Shown piece after piece: positions 17,257-26,844 of a stretch of 64,000 nucleotides of DNA. This DNA comes from Dehalococcoidia bacterium (GTDB lineage Bacteria; Chloroflexota; Dehalococcoidia; GIF9; AB-539-J10). Numbering within the stretch: position 1 is the first letter of the stretch; every line of letters starts with the position of its first letter. The DNA is taken from the NCBI GenBank assembly GCA_030610855.1, contig JAUWQY010000004.1:9382-73381 (forward strand), in the 5' to 3' direction. The notes under the pieces were generated by a model. The model did no database searches. It worked only from the letters and a program-made list of their open reading frames with translations, and had not been told where the DNA came from. Both the position numbers and the translations under genes were made by a program.

Positions 17257-18729
17257 TCAAGACTCCGACTTCGTCTTCAACTGGGGGAAAAGTATCACTT
17301 CCCGAATAGACTGCTGACCGGCAAGAAGCATCACCAAGCGGTCAATGCCCATTCCCAGACCGCCGGTGGGCGGCATGCCATATTCCAGAGCCTGAAGAAA
17401 ATCCTCATCGGCGACTTCTGCTTCTTCATCAACAGCTTGTTCCTTCAGTTGCTGGCGAAATCTCTCCCTTTGCTCCAGGGGGTCATTGAGCTCGGTAAAG
17501 GCATTAGCAACCTCCATGCCACCCACGAAGCCCTCAAATCGCTCCGTCAACTGGTCATTGCCTCGCTTCTTCTTGGCCAGAGGCGACATATCCACAGGGT
17601 AGTCCAGAAGAAAAGTCGGCTGGGTGAGCTTCGGTTCAACAAAAGTCGACAGTAGCTCGTCTATTAGCCTACCCCTCCCCCTGCCGGGTTCGACTTCCAT
17701 TCCCAAATCTGCCATCCGCGACCTGAGAGAAGCAGCATCGGGGTAGTCTTCAAAATCAATGCCGCAATAACCCTCTATTGCCTCACGCAGGCTCAGCTTC
17801 TGCCACGGGAGACTGAAATCAACGGTTGTGCCGCGGCAAGAGAGTTGAGTACTACCCAGAACCTCCTGTGTCGTATTGACGAACATTTCTTCGACCAATT
17901 TCATCATATCATTGTAATCGCTATAAGCTTGATAGCATTCAAGTAAGGTGAACTCCGGGTTATGTTTGACGGAAACACCTTCATTGCGGAAGACCCGTCC
18001 CATCTCATAGACTTTGTCAAAGCCGCCTATCACCAATCTCTTGAGGTGGAGCTCCAGGGCAATCCGCAGATAGAGGTCTTCATCAAGGGCATGATGATGA
18101 GTGACAAAGGGGCGTGCCAGCGCTCCGCCGGCATGGGACTGAAGCACCGGGGTTTCTACCTCCATGAATCCCTGCTTATCGAGGAAGCATCTTATTACGG
18201 TAAGAATCCTGCTGCGCAAAGTGAAAATGCTCCTACTATCTTCGTTGGAGATGAGGTCAAGATACCTCTGCCGGTACCGCTTTTCTACGTCGGCCAGCCC
18301 ATGCCATTTCTCCGGCAGGGGGCGAAGTGACTTGGATAGCATGGCGAAATCGGATACCTCCAGGGTAAGCTCTCCGGCTTTCGTTCGGAAGAGCCTGCCC
18401 TCGACCCCCACGATGTCGCCAATGTCAATATCCTGAAGGAATTCGTATCTTTCCCGGCCCAGAATGTCGAAGCGCAAAGAGAGCTGCATCTTCCCGGAGC
18501 CATCGTTAATGTCAACAAACGCCATCTTACCCATGGATCGCCTGGCCATAACCCGACCAGCCAGGGATGTGTTCTGATCAGCGGCCTGTTGTTCCTCAGA
18601 AAGAGCTATTGCTTCTCGAATAGTGTGGCTGCGCCGACAGGAATGAGGATAAGGGTCTATGCCCCGAGCCCTAATTCTGCTCAGACTATCCACCCGCTGT
18701 TCAGCTATGCGTTCTAATCTTGACGTCAT
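17257..18729 (-). CDS. lysS: lysine--tRNA ligase (class II)
   Basis: The protein has an OB-fold anticodon-binding N-domain and class II motifs (GRVFRNEGVSVKHNPEFT and PPTGGLGMGIDRLVMLL). Confidence 0.93.
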   Translation of the reverse strand: MTSRLERIAEQRVDSLSRIRARGIDPYPHSCRRSHTIREAIALSEEQQAADQNTSLAGRVMARRSMGKMAFVDINDGSGKMQLSLRFDILGRERYEFLQDIDIGDIVGVEGRLFRTKAGELTLEVSDFAMLSKSLRPLPEKWHGLADVEKRYRQRYLDLISNEDSRSIFTLRSRILTVIRCFLDKQGFMEVETPVLQSHAGGALARPFVTHHHALDEDLYLRIALELHLKRLVIGGFDKVYEMGRVFRNEGVSVKHNPEFTLLECYQAYSDYNDMMKLVEEMFVNTTQEVLGSTQLSCRGTTVDFSLPWQKLSLREAIEGYCGIDFEDYPDAASLRSRMADLGMEVEPGRGRGRLIDELLSTFVEPKLTQPTFLLDYPVDMSPLAKKKRGNDQLTERFEGFVGGMEVANAFTELNDPLEQRERFRQQLKEQAVDEEAEVADEDFLQALEYGMPPTGGLGMGIDRLVMLLAGQQSIREVILFPQLKTKSES

Positions 18730-18741
18730 CAGAAACCAGAC

Positions 18742-19002
18742 TTACTCCTCGTCAGCGTTTCCGCTTTCATTGCCGATCTCCAGAATCTCCTTTGCTTGCT
18801 CTGCCAGACACTCGGGCACCATGATTCTTACCTCACCTATTCCGTCCACCATGAGCCCGTAGACCAGACCGGCGCTCTCGTAGCTCAGGAGAACTGGTAT
18901 GCCTTCGCTCTCCAGCCGTCCCTTGATTATCTGGGCCTCGATTTGCCTGGCAACACGCACAGTAACCAGTTGCTTTTCTGAAGACATACCCCTCACCTCC
19001 AC
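18742..19002 (-). CDS. DUF2007-like putative signal-transducing protein
   Basis: This is a small (86-aa) protein with VARQIEAQIIKGRLESEGIPV...IMVPECLAEQAKEIL. It lies first in an apparent operon with lysS and serS. Confidence 0.6.
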   Translation of the reverse strand: MEVRGMSSEKQLVTVRVARQIEAQIIKGRLESEGIPVLLSYESAGLVYGLMVDGIGEVRIMVPECLAEQAKEILEIGNESGNADEE

Positions 19003-19028
19003 CTATTTTAGCAGAAACCCATTGAGCA

Positions 19029-19057
19029 TTGATAAAAGGGCCAACATTATATAGAAT
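19029..19057 (+). promoter_or_regulatory. sigma70-type promoter of speD-speE (TTGATA-N17-TAGAAT)
   Basis: TTGATA lies at 19029-19034 and TAGAAT at 19052-19057, ~60 nt upstream of the TTG start. Confidence 0.55.
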
Positions 19058-19116
19058 TTGCACTGTTGCCCGAAAGGCTCCGTCATAAATCCAAATTCTG
19101 AAGGAGGGAAGGTGAT

Positions 19117-19491
19117 TTGAATGCGCTTGGAAGACATCTGCTACTAGAACTCAAAAACTGTAATCAGGAGGTGCTCGATGACGTAGATTTCCTCAAGGAT
19201 TGTCTCAATGAAGCCGCTGTCCAGAGTGGCGCCACCGTGGTGGGCGAGTCCTTTTATCATTTCTCCCCTTGCGGAGTGAGCGGAGTAGTCAATATCTCCG
19301 AATCGCATATTGCCATTCACACCTGGCCGGAGTTTCAGTATGCTGCCGTAGACGTCTTCACATGTGGGTGCAGTGTAGACCCTGAAAAGGCTGCCAGATT
19401 GATAACAGAAAGGCTGGGGGCGCAAAGCCATTCCCTGATTGAGCTTCGCAGGGGGCTTATGGAGGATAGCCAGGCCAGGTGCGCAAAATGA
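19117..19491 (+). CDS. speD: S-adenosylmethionine decarboxylase proenzyme (small pyruvoyl class)
   Basis: LGRHLLLELKNC and the self-cleavage site in NISESHIAIHTWPE are present. The start is TTG with a strong SD (GGAGGGAAGG). Confidence 0.88.
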   Translation: MNALGRHLLLELKNCNQEVLDDVDFLKDCLNEAAVQSGATVVGESFYHFSPCGVSGVVNISESHIAIHTWPEFQYAAVDVFTCGCSVDPEKAARLITERLGAQSHSLIELRRGLMEDSQARCAK

Positions 19492-20414
19492 AGGATAGTG
19501 ACCCCGATAATAGACATAAATGGTTTCGCGACCATCTGACCCCTAACCTCACTGCGCTGCATGGCATCAGGGAGAGGATATACTCAGGGCGAACTAGGTT
19601 TCAATCCGTAGAGATCATTAACACGGACAGCTTCGGTGTCTGTCTCGTCCTCGACGGCAAGATTCAATCCAGCGAGGCGGACGAGTTCGTCTACCATGAA
19701 GCGCTGGTGCACCCCGCTATGCTCACCCATCGCAAGCCGGAAAAGGTCTTCATCGCCGGCGGAGGTGAGGGCGCCACGTTGAGAGAAGTCCTGGCGCATA
19801 AGACGGTAAAGAACGCTGTCATGGTGGATATCGATGAAGAAGTTGTGAATATCTGTCGCCGCTTCTTGCCTTCCTGGCACCAGCATGCCTTCGATGACCC
19901 CAGAACAGAGCTTCATTTCGTCGACGCCAGACAATACCTGGAGCAATGCAGCGACAGGTTCGATGTCATCATCATTGACCTGGTTGACCCTCTAGAGGAG
20001 GGGCCGGCACGCTTGCTATACACTAGAGAATTCTACCAAGCGGTCAGGCAGAAGCTAGAGCCCGATGGCATTATGTCAGTGCAGGCCGAATCTGCTGAAT
20101 GGACGAACTTAGATAATTTCGCCGCCATTGCCAATACCTTGAGCAGCGTCTTCTCCATAGCCCGCCCCTATCAAGTTCACGTGCCTTCCTTTCTGGGCTT
20201 ATGGGGCTTTGTCTCCGCTTCTCAAAGCCTTGACCCTCGTGAATTGACTCCCGTGCAAATCGATACCAGAATTTCAACAAGAATATCAAAAGACCTGAGA
20301 TCTTACGACGGACTCACCCATCAGGCTGTGTTCACTATCCCCAAGCATATTCGCCAGCAGTTAGCTGTCAGCAAAAGAATCATCACCGATAAAGAACCGA
20401 TATCCGCCTACTGA
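19479..20414 (+). CDS. speE: spermidine synthase (polyamine aminopropyltransferase)
   Basis: VFIAGGGEGATLREVL, DIDEEVV and IIIDLVDP are present. The gene overlaps the speD stop by 13 nt, suggesting an operon. Confidence 0.9.
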   Translation: MRKMKDSDPDNRHKWFRDHLTPNLTALHGIRERIYSGRTRFQSVEIINTDSFGVCLVLDGKIQSSEADEFVYHEALVHPAMLTHRKPEKVFIAGGGEGATLREVLAHKTVKNAVMVDIDEEVVNICRRFLPSWHQHAFDDPRTELHFVDARQYLEQCSDRFDVIIIDLVDPLEEGPARLLYTREFYQAVRQKLEPDGIMSVQAESAEWTNLDNFAAIANTLSSVFSIARPYQVHVPSFLGLWGFVSASQSLDPRELTPVQIDTRISTRISKDLRSYDGLTHQAVFTIPKHIRQQLAVSKRIITDKEPISAY

Positions 20415-20745
20415 GCTGCCGGCACAAGTTGTCTCCCTGCCTCATCTACCACCCTTATCGCTCATTTTCCTGACATCACCCGAAAGGTGACTGTTCACCC
20501 TAATATCATCTTCAGGCCGTCTCTCTTGGCCATCCCACGCCCCCTCTCTTCTGTCGCTCTGCGCCCCGCCGTGTAGGGCCCGGGAGCGCACCTCCTCTCA
20601 AGGTAGACTCTGCGTAGCGATCTGACAGCATGTCCGGTACTGCTTCGGCATCATCCGACGGTGTCAGAGTAGCCCGCGGCTTCTGTTACACATCTCTGCA
20701 ATCACGGCATATTGAACAGGAAAGCTCAGCAGACTTGCGAATTGA

Positions 20746-20776
20746 GGGGGGGCTGGGTTTCAAACCCAGCCCCCCC
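20746..20776. terminator. perfect GC-rich palindrome between convergent speE and S8 protease genes (probable bidirectional terminator, no U-tract)
   Basis: GGGGGGGCTGGGTT-tca-AACCCAGCCCCCCC forms a 14-bp stem. Confidence 0.5.
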
Positions 20777-20813
20777 TGACGAAATCTTTCCTGCTAGAAG
20801 AGTGAGGCTATGA

Positions 20814-22919
20814 TCATTTCTGCAGTATCGTAAAGCCGCCCGTCAGCGTGCCACTCTGCCCGTCAGGATTAGTAACTGTAACATCGCGAGGGCCGATCGC
20901 TGCCAGGTTATGCACCCTTATTTGCACCCTGAGTTCGTCAGGACTGATAAAGGTCACCCCCCGGACAATAACCCATTCCCCGAAATCTGCGATCGCTCCA
21001 TTCTGGAAGTTTGCGCCGAAGATTGTCACCGTTAGCCGATCTCCTCGTCTGGCACTGTCCGGATCCACACTGTCAACCACGGGAGCGGGTTCAGCCACCA
21101 CTTCCTCGAAGCTGGCGGTGACGAAGTAGTTGCCGCTCATAATGATCGTGGTCGAGGCGGCCTCAACGTCGGCGATGGTGCCGGTGTCACCCGTCCAGTT
21201 CACAAACCGATAGCCCGTATCAGGTGTGGCCACGAGGTCAACCACCGTTCCCTCGTCGTAAGTAGAGGTCCCTTCGCCGGGAGTGGTTACCGAACCACCT
21301 GCGGTGCTGGAGATGGTGAGTTCATACTGCTCAGGCGGCGGGGGCGGTTCAATCTCTGCAACTTCTCTTACCGCCAGGTCAGCCCGAACCAATCCATATC
21401 CCTGATGATCTGAGGGAAGCCCCAAATCCTCGGCTGTTCCTTGAAGGATTGCCCTTATCTGAACATTGGTCAAACTAGGATCAGCTGCCCAGACCAGAGC
21501 TGCAGCGCCAGCCACATGGGGAGAGGCCATGGACGTGCCGGACGAGGCACCATATCCCGGGGTATTCGGATCGTAGAGGCTCACCACGGTCCCGTCAACT
21601 CCGAGCTTATTCTCGACGAGCCATTGTCCATCCTCCTGGCTCAGGCTGATAGCAGGGATGTTACTCGAATTACCATCTCCCAGAGTCCCGTCGAACTTTC
21701 CCGGCTCGTTGTTGTAGATGACCGCTGCTACCCCACCACTGTTCTGCACGTTCATCACCTTATCGTAGAAGCTAATTTCGCCTCGCTCTACCAGGACCGC
21801 CTTACCGGACCAGGAAGGATTCGTTGTAGTAGCGAGACCTCCGTCGACCAACTCACCGGTAACGCCCGATGCATCAGTCCGGACCGCATGCTCAATGTAA
21901 TTGGCCTGGTAAGACATCCCTTCTACCGTCAAGGAGTTCTCATCCGTCCAGGGGATGGTACTGAGGACGTCCGCGCCCAGTGCTATCAGCTCCACTGCCG
22001 GGCCTGTGCTTGAGAAGCTTGCCCGCGCATCACTGATATCCGATGCCGCCACGGCAATTACTGAGTCGTACTTCGCCGGATAGCCAACCGTATCTCCCGT
22101 ACCATCCTCGTTGCCCTCATTGCCAGCCGAAGATACCACGAGATGGCCGGCAGTGTATGCATTGTCGCAGGCATCCTTGAGAGTCTGCGAATATGTGCTG
22201 CTCCCCAGGCTCATGTTCAGTACCGGGATGCCGTTATTTACCGCCCACTCGATGCCGGCCACTACCGTAGTGATCGTACCGCTGCCGGTGTCGTCCAGGA
22301 CTTTCACGGCGTAGAGCGCCACCAGCGGGGCAACGCCGACAACGCCCAGATCATTATCCAGGGCAGCGATGGTGCCCGCCACATGAGTGCCGTGCCCATA
22401 AACATCGTCGTAATTATCATCCTCACGCAGCCGATTCTGAGGTGGGCCCGTAGAGACCATGTAGAATCTCCAGCCGCCAACCACGTTGAGGTCTGGATGA
22501 GCAATGCTTATGCCCGTATCAAGCACGGCAACGCCAATACCAGACCCTCTCGACGCTGTCCAAGTGGCGAAGGGATGGGTCTCATCGCCAAACACCCGGT
22601 CGATTCCCCAGGACACTACCTGGTCAAGAGCGTAAACAGGACCATCTAGCTCTGTATAGCTAACTCTGGGGTTTCGAGCCAAGGCATCAGCAGCTCGAGG
22701 AGTCATTCGCGCAGCAAGAACATTTACTAGAGTAAATCGCCTGTAAACATCACCGCCAACACCACGCACGAGGGCCTGCTCCGACCGACCAGGAGCCCCG
22801 TGAAATCCAACAAGGACATTTATTCTCTCCGGTGGCGCCGCGGCTAGACCTGCCGACCCGAGCAAACCAGCGATTAGCGCCAGCATGAGCCCAGCAACAA
22901 ACAATGTCTTAACCTTCAT
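20814..22919 (-). CDS. secreted S8 (subtilisin-like) serine peptidase with PA insert, InlB-B-repeat-like and IPT/TIG-like C-terminal domains
   Basis: There is a signal peptide. The catalytic triad contexts are VLDTGI (D), HGTHVAGTIAA (H) and GTSMASPHVAGAAAL (S). The C-terminal region contains YELTISSTAGGSVTTPGEG...FVNWTGDTG. Confidence 0.88.
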   Translation of the reverse strand: MKVKTLFVAGLMLALIAGLLGSAGLAAAPPERINVLVGFHGAPGRSEQALVRGVGGDVYRRFTLVNVLAARMTPRAADALARNPRVSYTELDGPVYALDQVVSWGIDRVFGDETHPFATWTASRGSGIGVAVLDTGISIAHPDLNVVGGWRFYMVSTGPPQNRLREDDNYDDVYGHGTHVAGTIAALDNDLGVVGVAPLVALYAVKVLDDTGSGTITTVVAGIEWAVNNGIPVLNMSLGSSTYSQTLKDACDNAYTAGHLVVSSAGNEGNEDGTGDTVGYPAKYDSVIAVAASDISDARASFSSTGPAVELIALGADVLSTIPWTDENSLTVEGMSYQANYIEHAVRTDASGVTGELVDGGLATTTNPSWSGKAVLVERGEISFYDKVMNVQNSGGVAAVIYNNEPGKFDGTLGDGNSSNIPAISLSQEDGQWLVENKLGVDGTVVSLYDPNTPGYGASSGTSMASPHVAGAAALVWAADPSLTNVQIRAILQGTAEDLGLPSDHQGYGLVRADLAVREVAEIEPPPPPEQYELTISSTAGGSVTTPGEGTSTYDEGTVVDLVATPDTGYRFVNWTGDTGTIADVEAASTTIIMSGNYFVTASFEEVVAEPAPVVDSVDPDSARRGDRLTVTIFGANFQNGAIADFGEWVIVRGVTFISPDELRVQIRVHNLAAIGPRDVTVTNPDGQSGTLTGGFTILQK

Positions 22920-23093
22920 AGTTCACCTCCTGTCTTGCAGTAGTTTGGTTTTTCCGAAATCTCTATCATGCGCTGTATCCTGCTTCACCTCCTGCCTTGC
23001 GGCAGCTTAGCTCCGCATTCTCCACATATATTGTATCATTACTGTCCCGAAGCGCTGTCAAGTGCTTGTGCCGCCTGACCACACATCAACTTA

Positions 23094-24527
23094 TCAGCCT
23101 ATCAGCCTGCCACCGATAGGCTTGAATCTTGCCTGGAAAAACCTGAGCCGTTCGGTCTCGTAAACCATTTTCAAGCCGGAGATTCTCTTCCGCATTTTGT
23201 GAAGCTTGATGATAGCTTGGGCCACAAAATCCATATCGGTATGAGTATAGCCGCGGCGGGGGATGGCCAATCTCACCAACTCCAGGCTTGGCTTCCTTTC
23301 CTCGCCGGTCACTGGATCTCTTCCCGACGAGACGATTCCTCTCTCCATCCCCCTGATGCCTGACTCCAGATATAGGGCGGCGCTGAGGGCCTGAGACGGA
23401 TATCGCTCTTGCGGAATGTGGGCAAGAAATCTTCTAGCATCCAAGAATACCGCGTGGCCGCCAACCGGCACAACAATCGGAACCCTGGCCTGGAGAAGCA
23501 GGTACCCCAAGTATTCAACCTGATTGACTCTGGCGGCAACATGTCGGTCCTGTACCATCTCATAGATTCCGCGGGCCATCGCCTCCATATCCCGGCCGGC
23601 CAGGCCTCCGTAGGTGTGAAGGCCCTCGAAAACTACTACCATTGCCCTAGCTTCGACAAACAGCTTCTTGTCATTGCAGGCCAGAAATCCTCCTATATTC
23701 ACCAGGGCGTCCTTCTTGCCGGACACAGTTCCGCCGTCAGTGTAGGAGCAAATCTCTCTGGCAATCTGTCTTACTGACTTCCTCTCATAACCGGTTTCTC
23801 TCCGCTGGATGAAGTAGGCATTCTCCACCAATCTGGTGCCGTCAAGCATAATCGGGATTTCATATTTGCCACAAAGCGCTCTAACGGCTGTCAGGTTCTC
23901 CATGGAAAAAGGCTGGCCGCCCGCCATGTTAACATTAGCCTCCAGCGACATATAGGGGATTTTCTCGGGACCCACTGCCTGTATCAGTGCTTCCAGTTTC
24001 TTCAGATCAACGTTGCCTTTAAAAGGATGCCAGGATTGTGGGTCATGGGCCTCGTCAATGCTGACATCAACCCAGGTAGCTCCGGCCAGCTCCTGATGCA
24101 CCCTGCGGGTGGTGAAGTACATATTGTTGGGCACAAAATCACCGGGGTTGACCAGGATCTGTGACATTATGTGTTCGGCTGCCCTGCCCTGGTGGGTCGG
24201 GACAAGGTACTTGTAGCCGTAAATCTCGCGCACAGCTTTCTCCAGATTATAGAAGTTCTTGCTGCCCGCATAAGCCTCGTCGCCCAACATCATGCCTGCC
24301 CACTGGTTGTCGGACATGGCATTGGTTCCGCTATCGGTAAGAAGATCAATGTAAACCTGGTCTTCTTTGAGCAGAAAGGTGTTGTAGCCGGCTTTCTTAA
24401 TCGCCTCTTCTCTCTTCTGCCTATTATCGGCAATGTCCATCTGCTCTTTGGATAGAAGTTCAACGACCTTGATTCTGTACGGTGGCGGGATGATTTGAAA
24501 TCTCTCTTGCTTCACACTCTCATTCAT
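23094..24527 (-). CDS. beta-eliminating lyase (tryptophanase / tyrosine phenol-lyase family)
   Basis: This 477-aa protein has N-terminal PYRIKVVE, DLLTDSGTNAMS and a PLP-lysine region (SGKKDALVNIGG). I cannot distinguish indole-lyase from phenol-lyase specificity by eye. Confidence 0.85.
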   Translation of the reverse strand: MNESVKQERFQIIPPPYRIKVVELLSKEQMDIADNRQKREEAIKKAGYNTFLLKEDQVYIDLLTDSGTNAMSDNQWAGMMLGDEAYAGSKNFYNLEKAVREIYGYKYLVPTHQGRAAEHIMSQILVNPGDFVPNNMYFTTRRVHQELAGATWVDVSIDEAHDPQSWHPFKGNVDLKKLEALIQAVGPEKIPYMSLEANVNMAGGQPFSMENLTAVRALCGKYEIPIMLDGTRLVENAYFIQRRETGYERKSVRQIAREICSYTDGGTVSGKKDALVNIGGFLACNDKKLFVEARAMVVVFEGLHTYGGLAGRDMEAMARGIYEMVQDRHVAARVNQVEYLGYLLLQARVPIVVPVGGHAVFLDARRFLAHIPQERYPSQALSAALYLESGIRGMERGIVSSGRDPVTGEERKPSLELVRLAIPRRGYTHTDMDFVAQAIIKLHKMRKRISGLKMVYETERLRFFQARFKPIGGRLIG

Positions 24528-24938
24528 GTCCCCAATTTAACACACTGGATGGCTGGCAACAACCCCCTGCGCTGAATCATCCGAAAGCTGAGCACCAGAA
24601 AGCAACCTGAGGCAGCCTACCTGAGCTTGAATACGCGTCAACCGAAGCGGAGTATCGCTACCAAGTCCCGGAAGCTTACGGGATACATGAAGTGAAAACG
24701 AGATGTCAGGAAGTCGACCCGATGAGCAAAGCACTACCTCATACGGTTACTTCTCCACGATATAACAACCTGAAGGTGAGTTAGCTGCTTGAGTGCCCGG
24801 CAACACGCGCATCCCACCTCATATGAGCGGTGTATGCTCCAGATCCAATGACTCAGCCACCGCCTTATTCGTCAGTTTCCTCAGGAAGGTGTTCACTCCC
24901 TTCCTCAGGTTAGCCCCTCACCTCTGAGAAGTCGAACT

Positions 24939-26054
24939 CTACTTGATCAGGCTTGACAGTGGTGTGTATTCCAGCTCGAGGCTCTTGGCAACACCTTCGT
25001 TGGTGACATGCCCATCGTAAACATTCACACCCTTGGCGAGACACTCATCGGACATGACCGCGTTACGTAGACCCTGGTTGGCCAGCTTCAGAGCATAAGG
25101 CAGGGTAGCATTGGACAAGGCAATAGCTGAGGTGCGAGGATACATGCCTGGCATATTGGTAACGCAGTAATGGAGCACACCTTCCTCAATGTAGACTGGG
25201 TCGGCATGGGTCGTCGGGCGGCTGGTCTCGACGCAGCCTCCCTGGTCGATCGCAATATCAACAATTACTGAACCAGGTTTCATTGTTTTGACCATCTCTT
25301 TGGTTACCATGATTGGCGCTCTGGTCCCGGCTACCAAGACAGCGCCGATGAGGATATCAGCTTCTTTCACGACGCTGGCAATGTTATACGGGTTTGAAGC
25401 CAGGGTCTCAAACCGGCCGTGCATAGTTTCTTCAAGGTATCTCAGCCGGGCCAGGTTTCTGGTAACCATTATGACACGGGCTCCGAGGCCGACAGCCATC
25501 TGAGCTGCGTTGGTGCCAACAACCCCACCACCCAGAATGACGACCGTAGCTGGCGGCACACCAGGTACACCTCCGATCAACCGACCGCTACCCTTATGTT
25601 TCCTGCCAAGGTAGTGAGCTCCTGCCAGGGTACCCACCCTGCCTGCAACGGCGCTCATTGGGTCGAGCAAGGGAGTGGTGCCATCACGTAGCTGTACCGT
25701 CTCAAAGGCAATGGCGGTTACTCCGCCCTTCATCACGGCCAAGGTCAGCTCCCTCTCCGGAGCCAGATGGAGATAGGTAAACACTATCAGGCCCTTCCTG
25801 AAGTATTTAAACTCACTGGGTATGGGTTCCTTGACATGATAAATCATTTCTGCCTGTTTCCATACCTCATCGGCCGTTTTTACAACAGTAGCCCCAACCT
25901 TGGCGTAGTCCTGGTCTTCGAAGCCGCTTCCCAGGCCAGCTTTGGTTTCGACCAACACCTGGTGTCCCGCTTGAATAAGTGTGCCTGCAGCCGTTGGCGG
26001 GGCACTCACTCTGTACTCTTCGACTCTTATTTCCTTAGGAACACCAATAATCAT
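24939..26054 (-). CDS. ald: alanine dehydrogenase
   Basis: MIIGVPKEIRVEEYRV at the N-terminus and the NAD-binding motif VVILGGGVVGTNAA are present. I prefer the internal ATG at 26054 over the ORF-track start at 26087. Confidence 0.9.
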   Translation of the reverse strand: MIIGVPKEIRVEEYRVSAPPTAAGTLIQAGHQVLVETKAGLGSGFEDQDYAKVGATVVKTADEVWKQAEMIYHVKEPIPSEFKYFRKGLIVFTYLHLAPERELTLAVMKGGVTAIAFETVQLRDGTTPLLDPMSAVAGRVGTLAGAHYLGRKHKGSGRLIGGVPGVPPATVVILGGGVVGTNAAQMAVGLGARVIMVTRNLARLRYLEETMHGRFETLASNPYNIASVVKEADILIGAVLVAGTRAPIMVTKEMVKTMKPGSVIVDIAIDQGGCVETSRPTTHADPVYIEEGVLHYCVTNMPGMYPRTSAIALSNATLPYALKLANQGLRNAVMSDECLAKGVNVYDGHVTNEGVAKSLELEYTPLSSLIK

Positions 26055-26108
26055 GCGCTTCCTCCTATTCTGACGTACGTACTCCAAACATTGTGGGCTG
26101 GCAGAGTT

Positions 26109-26789
26109 TTATGTAACCTTGCCAAAGGCCAGAGCACCAACAGGACAAACGGTAACACACTCACTGCAGTCCTGACAACCGGCTCTTCCCATGGGCTCAT
26201 CCCCGAAGGTGGTGACCATCCTGCGGAACCCGCGGTGAGCAAAACCAATCGTCCCTCTGCCCAGTTTCTCCTGGCATACCCAAACGCATTTGCCGCAGAG
26301 TACGCATTTGTTGGGATCGTAGGTGAACAAAGGACTACTCGAATCGATGGGCAATTCAGACAGGATTTTGCTGTACCTCTTCGTCTTCAGCTTCACGCTG
26401 AGATGCTTGGCCGCAACTTGAAGTTCACAAGACCCGTTCCTCAGACAACGGGCACAACCCACAGGATGGCTGGCCAAGAGCAATTCCAAAGCAGTGCGCG
26501 CCAGCCTTAATGCCTTTGCCCCTCTGGTATTAACCACCATACCTTCTGCCACGGGCGTGGCACACGCTGGGACCACAGCATCCCTGCCTTCGACCTCCAC
26601 AAAACAGAGACGGCAGGAGGCAAAGGGCTCCCTCTTCTCCCGAATGGCGCAGAGGTTGGGGATGTAGATGCCGTTATCCAGAGCTGCCCACAGGACCTTT
26701 TCACCCGGGGCAGCTCCTATCTTCTTGCCGTCAATCGTTAGAGAAACGCTTCTGACTCTTGCCAGTATCCTCACCTCTGCTTTCTCCAC
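26109..26789 (-). CDS. stand-alone 2Fe-2S / 4Fe-4S electron-transfer protein (NuoG / FdhA N-terminal-module-like)
   Basis: Cys patterns include a plant-type 2Fe-2S region (ASCRLC...C), HPVGCARCLRNGSC, CVLCGKCVWVC and CQDCSECVTVCP. No molybdopterin domain follows. Confidence 0.8.
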   Translation of the reverse strand: MEKAEVRILARVRSVSLTIDGKKIGAAPGEKVLWAALDNGIYIPNLCAIREKREPFASCRLCFVEVEGRDAVVPACATPVAEGMVVNTRGAKALRLARTALELLLASHPVGCARCLRNGSCELQVAAKHLSVKLKTKRYSKILSELPIDSSSPLFTYDPNKCVLCGKCVWVCQEKLGRGTIGFAHRGFRRMVTTFGDEPMGRAGCQDCSECVTVCPVGALAFGKVT

Positions 26790-26844
26790 TGAGGGAGAGA
26801 AAATCCCGGGGCGGTAGCATTTTCCTTAACTTGCCTATTGCCCT

